A model generated the notes under the pieces. The model was not told the origin of the DNA and did not search any database. It worked only from the letters and a program-made list of their open reading frames with translations. A DNA stretch of 64,000 nt from Dicyema japonicum (Eukaryota; Animalia; Dicyemida). The number at the start of each line of letters is the position of its first letter. The stretch's first letter is position 1. The position numbers were made by a program, and so were the translations under genes. The stretch covers positions 124,001 through 188,000 of the forward strand of contig RDEW01000035.1 in NCBI GenBank assembly GCA_011109175.1, in the 5' to 3' direction. Positions 11,360-24,249 of the stretch are shown here, piece after piece.

Positions 11360-11664
11360 TAAAAAAACAATGAAAATGAATTTATGATTTATTATAATTT
11401 CAAAAGTTTAATTAATCATACTGCCATAATTTTTCAAAATTTTTTTAATAATGCATTGTTTGAATAAATTGTATTCACATTGCATTTTAAAGTTTCTCGT
11501 TTGTTCTTTGATAAGATTTTTACCTTTTAATAATTTTATAGTTATTTTAATATAAAATATTATAATTTAAAACTAAACAAAAAGTTTGATTCACGATATT
11601 TTTAAAGTGAGTCTACTTTAAAAAATTTATTCAATTAAATTCATATTTTATGATATTTTTATTT

Positions 11665-13935
11665 TTAGCGTGGCGTTATGTGGTCCACCAAGTCAAAAAA
11701 TTCAAAAGGATTTGGCAACGCCCAGAGGCTTCTAATGCCTTCCCGAAAAGGATCATTAGACCCTTTCCTCCCGGGGTCATTATCGACCCGTCGACGTGTT
11801 TCAAAAAAGTCCAAACATTCCCGGAGAAAACCCTCAGCCCACTGTGGAGAAAGGAAATTTACTGCTCTCCAATTGAACATCAACGGAATTAAAGGCAAGG
11901 TCAGGGAACTCCGTTCAATCTTGGCAAAGCAGAGATCGACGTGGCTATGATCCAAGAAACTAAACTCCGCATGAATGATCCCACTCCTTCATTCCTTGGA
12001 TGCGAGGCTATCAGGATGGACCTTAAAAAGAGAAGAAGGGGCGGACTACTTACTCTATTCAAAAAGAAACTGAAATGCAGAGATATTACTTCAAAACTGA
12101 GGAAACTTGTTGGAAATGACGAGGTTACTGAGGCAATCGGAATCTCGCTTGGGACAACAAAAGGAAGTCTGTGCCTCGTAAATATCTACTTGCATCCTCT
12201 TGGCTCCTGCCCAAAGGACTATGTTATCGCAAGCCTATCAAGATTGGCTATCTACGAGGAGATCATCATATGTGGAGAAGCACCCCTTATGGTTGTCAAC
12301 CCAAAAGGCCGACACGAGAGGGAAGCTATTGTTATGGAAAACGGACTCCCTGACGATACTTAACCTTACGCCCCCAGCAAAAATACAAGGACCCCACTCA
12401 GAGAGACGGATCAGCCAACCTCTCCTGACGTAACACTCTGCTCCACATCACTTTCATCGAAAATTACCTGGTCAGTCTTCTACGAAGCAAGAAGCGATCA
12501 TCACCCGATTGTGATGAAGATCAAGAGACAAGTCAAAGAGAGGAGAACACCCACTAGTTATAATTACAAAGCTGATAATTGGGAATTGCATCGCGCAATC
12601 TCGGATGATAGACTGAAAAATTGTTACTCGGACAGCTTCAAATCGTTAGAAAAAGCGATCAAATATTTTACTTGCAAAATCCTAGAAGCAATATCATTGG
12701 CTATTCCCAAGCATCGCCTAAATTCGGTCGAGGAAGTCGGCATTGGTAAAAGAAAGAAATCACCTCAAAAAATCTAATTGGTGTTATATTATTATTATTA
12801 GAAACGATACTCCGGATCAGAGCTCTAAACAACGAAATAAGGTCAGAGACTTCAAGGCCCAGAAATTGAAGTGGAATCGGATTCTTACAAAGTAAATCGC
12901 AACCGTAGTACCGGAGAAGTGTGGAAAGCCATCCGAAATGTTGCAAAGGACGAAGAAACTTCTCCGAGGATGACTATACTCAACGAGACGTTAACAATTT
13001 GATAAAATTCTACACAAAAATTTCGTACAAAGAACACATGAAGTCGCAAGTGCTTCTCTCTTCACGCAAAAAACTGAAGAAGGATTCTAACCCAGTTTAC
13101 TTCTCGGATGAAGACGTGAAGAATGAGCTGCGTTTTACAAGAACAACGTACTCTGCCGGTCCCGACAACATTCCAGTAGTGTTATTGAAGAACCTTGGAG
13201 ATATGGGAGTCGGTTTTCTAACGTCGGTCTACACTATTCAATTAATTGGAATATAATACCGTTGTTATGGAAGCAAGCCAACATCCGACCTATACTGAAA
13301 CCTGGAAAACCTAAGGAAGATCCGGCATCATTTAGACCTGTGTCATTGTTATGTTCCGTATCGAAAATCCTGAAGAGGCTTGTGCTTGGGAGAATCAAGG
13401 TTTTCTTACCAGAAAAGGATTTTCAACACGGATTCAAGAGCGATTGTTCTACATTAACGTACCTACAGAAATTAACAAACTTCATTAGAGATGGATTTTC
13501 GAACAAACCAAGGCATTTGAAAACAGTCTTATGTTCCATTAATATTAACAAGGCCTTTGATTCTATTTCGAGAAAAATATTATCAAAGAAAATTTTCCAG
13601 TCGGAGATCCCGGGGAAGCTTAAACTTTGGATAACAAATTTCTTAAGTGGACGGAGGGGACGTGTATGCCTCGGATGACTGAAATCAGTCTCGCGTCTTC
13701 TCCCAAACGGTGTCCCCCAAGGATCTTCTTTATCCCCCGTCTTATTCAATTTATACCTGGTCGACCTACCGACACCGGAATCCAATAACGATGTTCTACT
13801 CTCATATGCGGACGACATTGTTTTGGCCTCGCGTGATCGGGATATCCAAAATGCTACAGAAAGATTACAAATTAACCTGGACCGACTCAACGCCTGGTAA
13901 TGGTTTTACCGTGGTCTTAGGTGTTAAATAAATAA
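11665..13935 (+). mobile_element. APE-RT LINE copy B, degenerate
   Basis: ORF from ATG 11678 runs into LQLNINGIKGK; RT FQHGFK..VPQGSSLSP..YADD; 3' ccgtggtcttagg(taaa)n. Confidence 0.88.
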
Positions 13936-13988
13936 ATAACAAAAATAATTATAAATTTTTAGAATATGCACTATTACAGGATAATTTA

Positions 13989-14142
13989 TGCCATTCAGGA
14001 TGGCGAGCGAGATTCGCTCAAATATCCAGCAGCGATCACGAGGGTCTCCTGTTCGTTTAGCGATCCGATTCCCTAGACGACTCAAGAATTCCAGCGTCGC
14101 GTCTTAACGGCGAGTAGAACAAACAAAAAAATCCTTGGGTAG
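13989..14142 (-). mobile_element. Short CRE family-2 3' fragment
   Basis: Homologous to 33990-34158 and 41610-41779. Confidence 0.8.
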
Positions 14143-14172
14143 TTCCGCGTACGGATCGCTACACGAACAGGA

Positions 14173-15260
14173 AAAAACAATCGTCTGCTCGATCGATTTA
14201 CAAAAGGCCTTCGACTCTGTCTCAAGGAAAATCCTAACCCGGAAATTGTTTGTTCTCCCCGTCAACCCCAATATAAAACTTTGGCTTGCTAACTTCATAA
14301 ATGGAAGAAGGGCCCGGGTATACATGGATGGGACCAAATCAAATTCAAGATTACTACTCAATGGGGTCCCACAAGGTTCTCCTTTATCACCAACCTTATT
14401 TAACTTATACATGTCCGATTTACCACAACCCGTTAATAAAGACGATTTCATCCTATCATATGCTAATGACTTATTATCGGATCCCGCGATCAAGATATCC
14501 CAAAGGCATCAGAAAGACTACATGAATACATTCTCAAGATTCAATTTTGGCTAAATTATAACCGGCTTGATATATCTACTGAAAAATCTTCTTCGTCTTT
14601 ATTTACATCAGACAAACGACTTGGACAAATGACAGTGGATATATTTATCAACCAGACAAAAAATACCTTTCACGAAAAAAACTGAAAATCTTGGGGATCA
14701 TTTTCGACACATATATGTCTTTTTCATTTAACATCGACGCTGTCTCTGGAAGCTGCTCAAGAAAGCTAGGGATAATCAAAACTATTTTCGGTGGCATTAA
14801 AACCCCTTTCCCAGCTTTGAAATTGTTGTACAAACAATTTATTGAGCCATCTGTCAGCTATGCCTGTACGTCATGGGGAATCAATCTGTCCTGGACGAAC
14901 AAACAAAGAATCCTGGACATTCAGGCCTTAACAGCCACTACTATTAGTATTCTCGGGAAACTAGAAAAACTAATACCCTCATCACTTGAAGACCTTATCC
15001 GACAAAATGGAAAAGGGATTTGCTACCCTTTGCAGGCAGTGCAACTCTCAACAATACACAGTCACGACGTGTCTCATGAGAAGGGTATACATCACCCCTC
15101 TCTAATTCCTATTCCTGAAACCACCCCGCCCACAGAGAAGTTGTGTTGGATCCCAGAAGGCGCACAAGGAGAAAATGAGAATTCTGATTGAGGCCTTCGA
15201 GATCACTTAATTAATTTAGTAATTAAATTAACTATTGGTGTTCTTGGGTTAATAATAATA
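14173..15260 (+). mobile_element. 5'-truncated APE-RT LINE
   Basis: IDLQKAFDSV, VPQGSPLSPTLFNLY, YANDL; 3' stem-loop and (TAA)n. Confidence 0.85.
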
Positions 15261-15279
15261 ATTAGAAGAATAGTTGAAA

Positions 15280-17290
15280 GGCACCTGCTGGAAGCGTATT
15301 CCCTGTGTCTCTAAATAGCATTAAAAGAATTAACATTTGTGATTAACCGGTCAAGATCGAGTCATGACTACATCAAAACCATGATGTTAAAGAATGACCG
15401 GAAATCCTATTCAAAATTCTTAGGGACGTGTTCAATGCAACTCTAAAGATTAGACAGATTGTAAAGAAGACAAACTACCGTCCGATCAACTTAATTTGCT
15501 TTACTTCTAAAATAATTGAACAGGTTGTTTTCTTTGCCAAACCCAGAGACTCCAAATGTTTTTTGAATGTCATATGTTTAACTGATAGTGTAAAGCTTTT
15601 GATAGTGTAAGCCACGAAGCTTTCCGGAGACTCCCTTGTTGATTTCTGCAGCACAATGGGCCTATATCTTTTTAATATGAGTTTTGAACACCCATCTAAA
15701 CACAGGAAGACTTGGGTGGAGTACCGATACGAGATTAATGGGTAGCCTATAACAATATTCAACCTGATTGACTACATCCTCTGCACAAAACCACTAAAGA
15801 GATTACTACTGGATTCGAGAAGTTACGGAGACACATTACATGACAGTGACCATAAACTGGATAAATATAAACGTTATTTTGAAATAATGGACGGAAAACA
15901 GAAGGTTGCAGCTACGGGTCGCCGACTGGCTACGAAGGCTCTAACTGAGAACATCACAAAAAGAGAGTGTTGCCATGACCCAGTCCTGAAGCACTTGTGT
16001 GAAGTTGACACTACCAAAACCAACACTTGCACTTGCTACGTTTTTGAAAGGGCTTAAATCAACAGCGCAGGAATTTGTTAGATATCGAGGAAAGAGCCGG
16101 AAGAGACACTTGCTATATGACCATACAATCAGACAGTTCAAATTCATTTGAAACTGGGACTGCCGAATAGTCAAAAAGGGGACATTTTAAGAAGAATATG
16201 GAATAAAATTCTACACCAAATAGAAAAACAAGAAAAGGAGTTAATGAATCAATACTTGGATGACAAAGCATACAAACTCAGTAGCACACAATATGGGATT
16301 CGAATGTTTGCTGCAGTCAAACTACTAACGAGAGGGTCACCTAGGTCATGTGTCAAAGTGTTTGACAAGTTGGGCCGCCTTATACAAGAAGACAAAGCAA
16401 ATCATATTGGTTGCTATTTCAAGAAACTATTCCAAGTTGGCAATTCAAGGTTCAGTCAATTCATTGGAACACCGAAACCACTTGCGACCAGTATTACAAA
16501 AGAAGTGATCAGTGCATTTAATCGGCTGAGAAATAACTGTTCGACTAGCTACGACGGCGTTCTTGGTGAGCTGTTAAAATATGTTTCAGAATGCGTTGGA
16601 ATAACTACCTCGAAAATTTTAAACAAATGCTTTGAACGGCACAGCCTCCTCCCCATAAGACACGGAGTACTTCACAAATCTGGAAAAAAAAGAACGATTG
16701 TTAGAAAATCTGTTACCTATTATCTTATTTACTACTGTTAGAAAAACAGTATCTATCATCGTCCTAAATCGTATACAAAACACAGTAGAATACATGTCAC
16801 ACAGTCAGAGTGGCTTCAGGCGCGGGCGGTCAATTTCCGATGTTGTATAGAGTCATCGTTGGTATGCAGCTGCATGTCAAAAATATGCGAAGATCAAACA
16901 CGTCCTGAGAATTAATCTGAGCAAGGCATTCGAAACATCAACAGAGAAAAACTGATGAACACACTAGCCAACATATTGATTGAGGACTAACTGAGGCTAG
17001 CGAGATTCCTTCTTGCTGAAAAAAGCTAACTGTAATAGTTGGCATGAAGCACTCTGAAAAGTTCTTTACGCACATTGATACTCCGCAATGAATTCTTTGT
17101 CCTCCGTTTTGTTTGGAGTATATTTGGAGGTGCGTTTAGAGATCTGAGAAAGAATATGGGCCCAGTTATTACCAAATCACGCGGATGATGTAGAGTTTGT
17201 ATTCATCATTAAGGAATTGCTTGATTCCTCGCTACGTACAGCAGAGATATCACTCGCGAAATAGAATCTTATGATAAATCTCAACAAAAC
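15280..17290 (+). mobile_element. Degenerate RTE-clade LINE
   Basis: ORF 16148..16741 and QSGFRRGRSISDV..SHRW motif shared with the RTEs at 24.3 and 42 kb. Confidence 0.7.
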
Positions 17291-18150
17291 ATGCTATATA
17301 CAAATTGGACGTACACCGTAAGAAATGCTAATGAGGACCTTCACAGTCTCTGCCATCTTTCCATACAGGAACACCTAATCGACATAACGATAAACCTCCA
17401 TCCCTGGCCCCTCTTATTGACTGGGCAGTAAAATATGACACCAGAAGTGACCACAATCCACTATTTTTGGAGATCAAAACGAGGTCACGGATAAAATGAC
17501 AGTCCGACGATAATTAATTACAGCCTTGCGAACTGGAGAGGATTCAAGGAGCACATCAATACTTGCAATAAACTCTTGAATTTCTTCACTCCTCCCTCCG
17601 TTGAACAATTAGTGAAATGGTTCAACTCCACCATAAACGCTGCGAAAAGGAAGTATAATCCAATATTCAGGCAACTTACGTCATCAAAACGTTTTAACAC
17701 AACGACGAAACGTTTGATCAGAAAACGAAATAATCTAAAGATGGTGAAATCGCTAACTGAAGAGAACATCAGAAAAATATGAGAACTGAACAGAGAGATC
17801 GAAAGAACATAAAGGCAGAAAATGCAAATAGATGGACGTGACTATCAAAGGCTCTCTGCAGTAAGCCCCAATGCAGAGAGTCTGAAGTTGATCAAGAACA
17901 TCAAAAGATCTTTCCCAGAGAGAAAATACGCAGTCTACATCAAACCTGACAGCCTGATAAAATAGTATAAAAAGTTTTCAAAAGAACACCAAGTATTCCT
18001 GTAAAAGATTGAGCCGAAACGCTCTGAAGATTAACTTTACTATCCAGGATGTCCGCAGAGCCATATTTAAAGAAACTAACTCAGAGGCCAACATAACCAC
18101 ATGTGAACTGAAGCACCTAGATCATTGAGCCCTGGAACTATTAGCTTATA

Positions 18151-21100
18151 CAGTAAACTCTTTTAAATTTGCCAATTCTCAGATTTGCCATTTTTTAAAG
18201 AAATATTCTAATTTTAGTGGAAATTTGCCATAATTTTTTTTAAAATTAAAAAAAATTACTGAAATTTAAAACAATAAAACTTTATTCGCGTAGCATGCCT
18301 GTTGTGTTTCTAGTGGTCGATATACATGACTCACTAACGAACAAAAAGTGGAAATATTGCGTTATAAAGACGACAACAGCTTATTATCATTCCAAAAAAT
18401 TGCCGACAAATTTTCCTTTTTGTTTAAAGTGAACATTTAACGCATCTTAAAGAGTCGTGAGTCGATTTTGGAACAATTCAAAACTAAAAATTCCTTAACA
18501 AAAACAGTCAAAAAGTTAGTTCCCGCAACTTGATGAAAAACTTGTTGAGTGGATGGATTCGATGGAATCAAAAGGTATTCTTAATGGTTTTAAATTTTAA
18601 GGTACATTGTTGAACGATGCATTAATATCCAGTAAAACAGAATTCTTCGTTAAGCAGAATTCCACTATTTCAAAAACTCTTATATATTTTATCCAAATTT
18701 AAGGTGAGAAAATTACATGGGCAAATGTGCACTGAGAAAAGTGTCGATATTGAAGGGTTTCTCAAAGAATTTCAAGAAGTTTCAAAATCATATACCTGCA
18801 AGCAGATTTATAACCTGGATGAATCTGGGATCTCTACAGGCTTATTTTATCCAGAAGTATCTGCAAGACGACGCTCTGAGGATACAAGAACTTCAAAGAT
18901 AAAGTAGCTGTGATGTTATGCACAAATATGTCTGGAAATCATAAATTAAAACCTTTATTGATTGGAAAATCAAAAATGCCAAAGTGTTTCAAAAAATATG
19001 ATTAACTGTGTTCTGTTTCGTATTACAGTTCCAAAAGAGCGTGGATGACCGCATTAATTGTTATTAACTAGATGATAAAATTCGATAACCTTTTAAAGCA
19101 GAGAAGTCAATTTTGCTTCTTATAGATAATTGTCCTTCTCATTGCTTGCCATCGAATTTGGAAAATATTAAAATACAGGAATAATTCAGTCAATGGATTT
19201 GGGAACTATTAAAACATTCAAAGTGCACTATAATAGACACAAATTGGAGTTTCTTACTGGATTATTGAAAAAAAAAACATGTCAGTTTATGAATCATATA
19301 AAAATTTGAATCTAAATACATTGTTCTATTTACAAAATGGCCTAGGATGATGTATAACTAAAACAATCAAAAATTGTTTTAAAATTCTAAAAAAAGTCGG
19401 GTATTAGTACACCATAGTAAATGTGAACATAAGAAATATTATCTAGTACGGATGTTCACGATCCGATTGAAATCGAAGAATTTATATCTATAAATTCTTC
19501 TGAAAAAGATGCAATATATGAAGAAGAAATAACATCATTAATTTATGATGATGAGATTCTCATCCACGAAGAAACTACTGTAATGACCCTCCTAAACAAG
19601 AATGAAATGACATCCAATTTAAGCGAAATTGAAAAGGATCTTTTTGAGAAAGTTGAAAACGAACAGGTTTCATTTTTGTTAAATGCAAATACTAGAGATA
19701 TCAAAAAGAAGCAAATGGAAATTGAACTTTTTTCGATAAAATTTAATAATCCACTTTTTAAATAATTTTTATCGTGATAAAACCAAATTTTTATCGATGA
19801 GAAGTTACCCAATAACTATCCAGGATGTCCGCAGAGCCTACATCAAAACCATGATGTTAAAGAATGACAGGAAATAATTCAAAAAACGTGGTGTGTGGTG
19901 GTGTGGTGTAATTGAGAAAAAGAAGAAGTAACCAGAAGCGATATGCACAAGATCGACAAAAGAGAAGAGCTTGTGAATTTTGCAATAAAATTAACAAAAG
20001 AAAGCGGCTGATATGTTGTGTCGTTTGTTCGTCGTTTTTTCACATGTCATGTGTTGGAATGACCAAAAAAGCCCTTACCACCATTACCAACTGGTGTTGC
20101 CAGGCATGCCTCCTCCCTGGGACGAAAGCACCATCGACTCCACCTAATTCACCTGAACGAATACCAATAGATTACCAGAAAACCCTTGAATCAATTGCAA
20201 ACCTGGCATCTACACGAAGGATCATGATCAAAATTCCAAAAGCAGCCCGTGTCCTGCCGCCGACTGTTTACACGATTGTATTGAAAGGGCAATTTCTTCG
20301 ACTGACCCAGTTGATTGGACACGATTATTCTACTTTGCACCATACACGCTATGTATGCCCTGTCAGAAGAGGAAAGATCAGGAATCGCTCACGTCTATTG
20401 TAAAGGAAAATATTTGCTTGTTTTCTTCTGGAAATTTGTTCAGTGACTCCCGAGAATATACCTTCAAGCCCTCAAACCACGAGAACCATGCCTCAGAAAC
20501 ACAAAGATTGAGAAGAGCGATACATCGCAAACTATCTGAAGGTGGAGTCCGGGCCGCCGTGAGGACTCTAGAAGAGCATAACCGTCTAATTGAGCCAACT
20601 GAACACTCCTACGATGCACTGGTTGAACGACATCCTGGTCCGCCAGTGGACGAGCAGATCCCTACTTGCTCTGGAGAATTACCTAGTCTGATTATTTCTG
20701 AGGGGGACGTGAAAGATGCGATCCTCTCATTCGCCCCGAGCAGCAGTGGCGGACTCGACGGACTCCGTCCAGGACACCTAAAAGACTTAATTGATCAGAA
20801 TACGGGGAACTCTGGTGTTCGGCTATTATCGGCTATAACGAGGTTAATCAACAGAATGCTTTCCGGAAGATTACCAGAAGCAATCCGTCATATTATGTTT
20901 TCCGCCAAGTTAATTGCCTTTGATAAATGTGGAGGAGGAATTCGTCCTATTGCTGTTGGGTTTGTTTTTCGTCGACTGGCTTCTAAACTTGCTAGCAGAG
21001 CAATCCTTCCGATGCTTGTCAAACAACTGCGACCAACCCAAGTAGGGGTCGGTACTCCTGGTGGATGTGAGGCGGCGGTTCATGCCGTTCGGATGTTTAC

Positions 21101-22914
21101 TGGAAACAGAACGAACATGCCTTGTGTGGTCCTCAAGATTGACATAAAAAACGCCTTTAATACCATACGGCGCGATGTAATTTTGGAAGATTGTCTTACC
21201 CATTACCCGTCTATATATAATTATGTTCATTGTTCGTATGGAAAACCGTCCAGTCTTGTACATGGGAAATACTTCATTCCCTCGTCATGTGGGGTTCAAC
21301 AAGGAGACCCACTAGGACCGGCATTGTTCTGCCTCGGTGTCGACCGTGTCATGAGATGCCTTACTACTCCGCTGAACGTGTGGTATTTGGATGATTGCAC
21401 CCTGGGAGGTCATCCTAACAATGTATATGACTGTCTACAGAGATTACAAACACAATTGGATACGCTTGGTTTAAAGCTAAACGCAGCCAAATGCGAAATT
21501 GTTAATTATGGATTCTCCCGATATGAATGGAATCGGATCCTATTAATGTTTCGGGGGATTATTCCTAAAATATCGGAAATCAGCCGGATCATTTGGAAAT
21601 ACTTGGATGCCCTCTGGCTGAAACTGGAATTAACGACACTCTGTTGGCTAAAGAACAGCAACTAAGAAAAACTTTTTTACGCCTTGGGATGCTGGATGCA
21701 CATACCTCTCTTTTTCTCATGAAAAACGCTTTATCCACGCAGAAATTAAATTACGTCCTTCGAGGGGCTCCATGTTACCTGAAAATGCAACAACTCGGGG
21801 CGATTGACTCCCTATTCCGGTCTACGACCGAACGTATTACTAATGTCGAATTCGACGAACAAGGATGGGAACAAGCAACCTTGCCCGTTCGCTTTGGTGG
21901 ACTCGGAATTCTCTCACCATCTGATTTGGCACACCCGGCATATCAATCCTCATTGGACTCCAATCAGAATTTGATCATGATGATTCTCCAGCTCCCATCA
22001 GAGTCGTCAAAGATCGAAGATTTGGTACACCCTAAAGTCAAACAACTCGGGCAGAGAGACCTTTATGAGTCTGTTTGCGAGGATAAATACGAGAGGCTTT
22101 TGAAAATATCTAACCAACACCGACGAGCCTGTCTTTTAACTGCAAGATGCGAGTGGAGCGGGGCTTGGATCAATGCCCTACCCATTGGAAACGTGGGAAC
22201 TCACCTAGACGATGAAACGGTCCGCACCGGAGTCTCCATCAGACTTGGATTGAAAGTTTGTCAACCCCATGAGTGCCGATGCGGCCGGAAGGTCGACTGC
22301 TATGGACATCATGCCCTTTCTTGTCGAAAAAGCGCAGGTCGATTCGCTAGACACAAGGCTATAAATGAAGTGGTGAAGCGCGCCCTCGAGTTGGCGGGAT
22401 ACCCATCCATTCTAGAGCCAACGGGCTTGAGTAGGGATGATGGGAAGCGACCCGATGGAATTACTGTCTTCCCCTTCTCTCGGGGCAAATGCTTAATTTG
22501 GGATGCTGCCTGTACTGACAGCTTTTCCCAGTCGAAACTTTTGAGGTCGGCAATGAAAGCGGGAGAGGCCGCCCGTTTATATGAAAACTCAAATAAAGAA
22601 ATACAGCAGCCTCATAAACCGTTTCATATACAGCCAGTGGTCGTCGAGACGAGCGGAGTCTTTGGCCCCAAGACGGTCTCTTTCCTTAGAGCACTTGGGT
22701 GTCTATTGACCAAAGCCTCGAGGGAGCGTCGGGAAACCGAGTGGCTTTTCCAAAGGATATCCCTGGCAGTAGTCAGAGGTAACAGCCACTCGATCATATC
22801 CGCTGGACCCAATAACTATTATAAAATTATTAATTAAATTCTGAAATTTGCCAATTCCCGAATTTGCCGCAAAAAATGCTGGAACCAAAAATGGCAAATT
22901 TGGAGAGTTTACTG
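18151..22914 (+). mobile_element. pogo/Tigger DNA transposon, degenerate transposase, containing a CRE element
   Basis: TIRs CAGTAAACTC..AAATTTGCCA, TA duplication, CENP-B/DDE_1 motifs (QIYNLDESG, VMLCTNMSGNHKLKPLLIGKSK). Confidence 0.9.
19880..22845 (+). mobile_element. Near-intact CRE-type non-LTR retrotransposon (PHD-RT-REL)
   Basis: C4HC3 PHD (19912..20403), RT VQQGDPLGP/WYLDD (20355..21665), CCHC knuckle, RH and RPDG REL (21593..22837); about three frameshifts. Confidence 0.9.
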
Positions 22915-24249
22915 TATCTTCAACCTATCCATCAACAGGAATAAAATCCATGTAATATGGAAGAAGTCTCTAATCAAACCTATTAGAAAACCTAACAAGC
23001 CAATAAATGAACCATCTTCCTATCGAAAACCTAACAAACCGATAAATGAATCATCAATATCTCTATTTTGAGTCCGGTCTCAATAATCTTTGAAAGACTT
23101 GTTCTAGAAAAAGTACAGGATTCAATCTCAATTCTTTCGACCCTGCACGGATTCCGAGGGTAACCATTCGACCACAACACATCTCACAACTCTCACACAA
23201 TTCATTGTGGAAGGATTTTACTCCTCCAAACTTCAAAGAACAGTACTTATATCCCTGGACATCACAAAGTATTCGACTCAGTCGCCAAGAAACCTATTAC
23301 AAAAAAGATATTTGAAACGAACATCAACCCGAAGTTGAATCTTTGACTTACCATTGTAAGCCCATCAAAAACAGTCATAACTAACTAATCAAAGGAAGGA
23401 ACCAAAAGGAGAACATCTGCTTGTGCCGACCAAATCCATCTTCCAATACTTCATTACATGTTTCCGCTTCCGAAAAGAGGTGGAGAAGTAGGTTCGCCTC
23501 TTCCATTTTTTGTGATACCTTCCAAATGGAGTCCTTCAAGACTCCCCACTGTCATCCCAACTCTTCAACCTCTACATAAACAACATGTCACAAACCTTTA
23601 ATGAGAACTGTCTAATCCTCTCCTACATCAACGATATCATCCTTGCTTCCAAGGACAGAAGCATTCAATCAGCGACTCTGTCCGCTCAAAAATGTTTGAT
23701 AAGCTGGAACTATGGCTTTCGAAACGGAGGGTCGACATATTAGCAACAATGTCCTCAGTTACGCTATTTACCACTTACAAAAGAGAGCTCAGTGTCGAAA
23801 CGAAAAATCCTTATAAAGAACGAGGCTATTCCTATTAACAAAACACCGAAGATTCTAGGAGTCACCTATGATCAGGAAGTCTCTTTTATCCGACACGTTG
23901 AGAACAAAGTGTTCTCTGAAGAAAATGAGAATTTTAAAAGTGTTCTTGAAAACATACTGGGAGTCTTGCCACACTTTATGAACAATTTATACGACCCACG
24001 ATGACGTATGCAAGTCCATTGTTTGCGATTCAGATTTCACGCTTTTAAATTTTGGGAATGAAGAGTAGGTAGAAAGTCAAGACTCACGAACGAGGTGAAT
24101 CAGCTCGGCGTGTTTTGGTTTAATTCCATTAATGTTGAGTTTTTTTTTTGGTTGAGGTGGTGACGTCCCTCTATAGCACATATGTCTATCTCACGTCTAA
24201 TATCTAACTGCCCTTTTTCTGTGGGTACCCTGAATGTAAGAGGAGTCAA

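Larger units (their letters stand above)
17340..24045 (+). mobile_element. Family-1 LINE copy interrupted by pogo element (17340-18148 joins 22917-24045)
   Basis: Collinear with 1790-3600; ctattagcttaTA|pogo|TAtcttcaacc restores ctattagcctatatcttcaacc. Confidence 0.88.
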
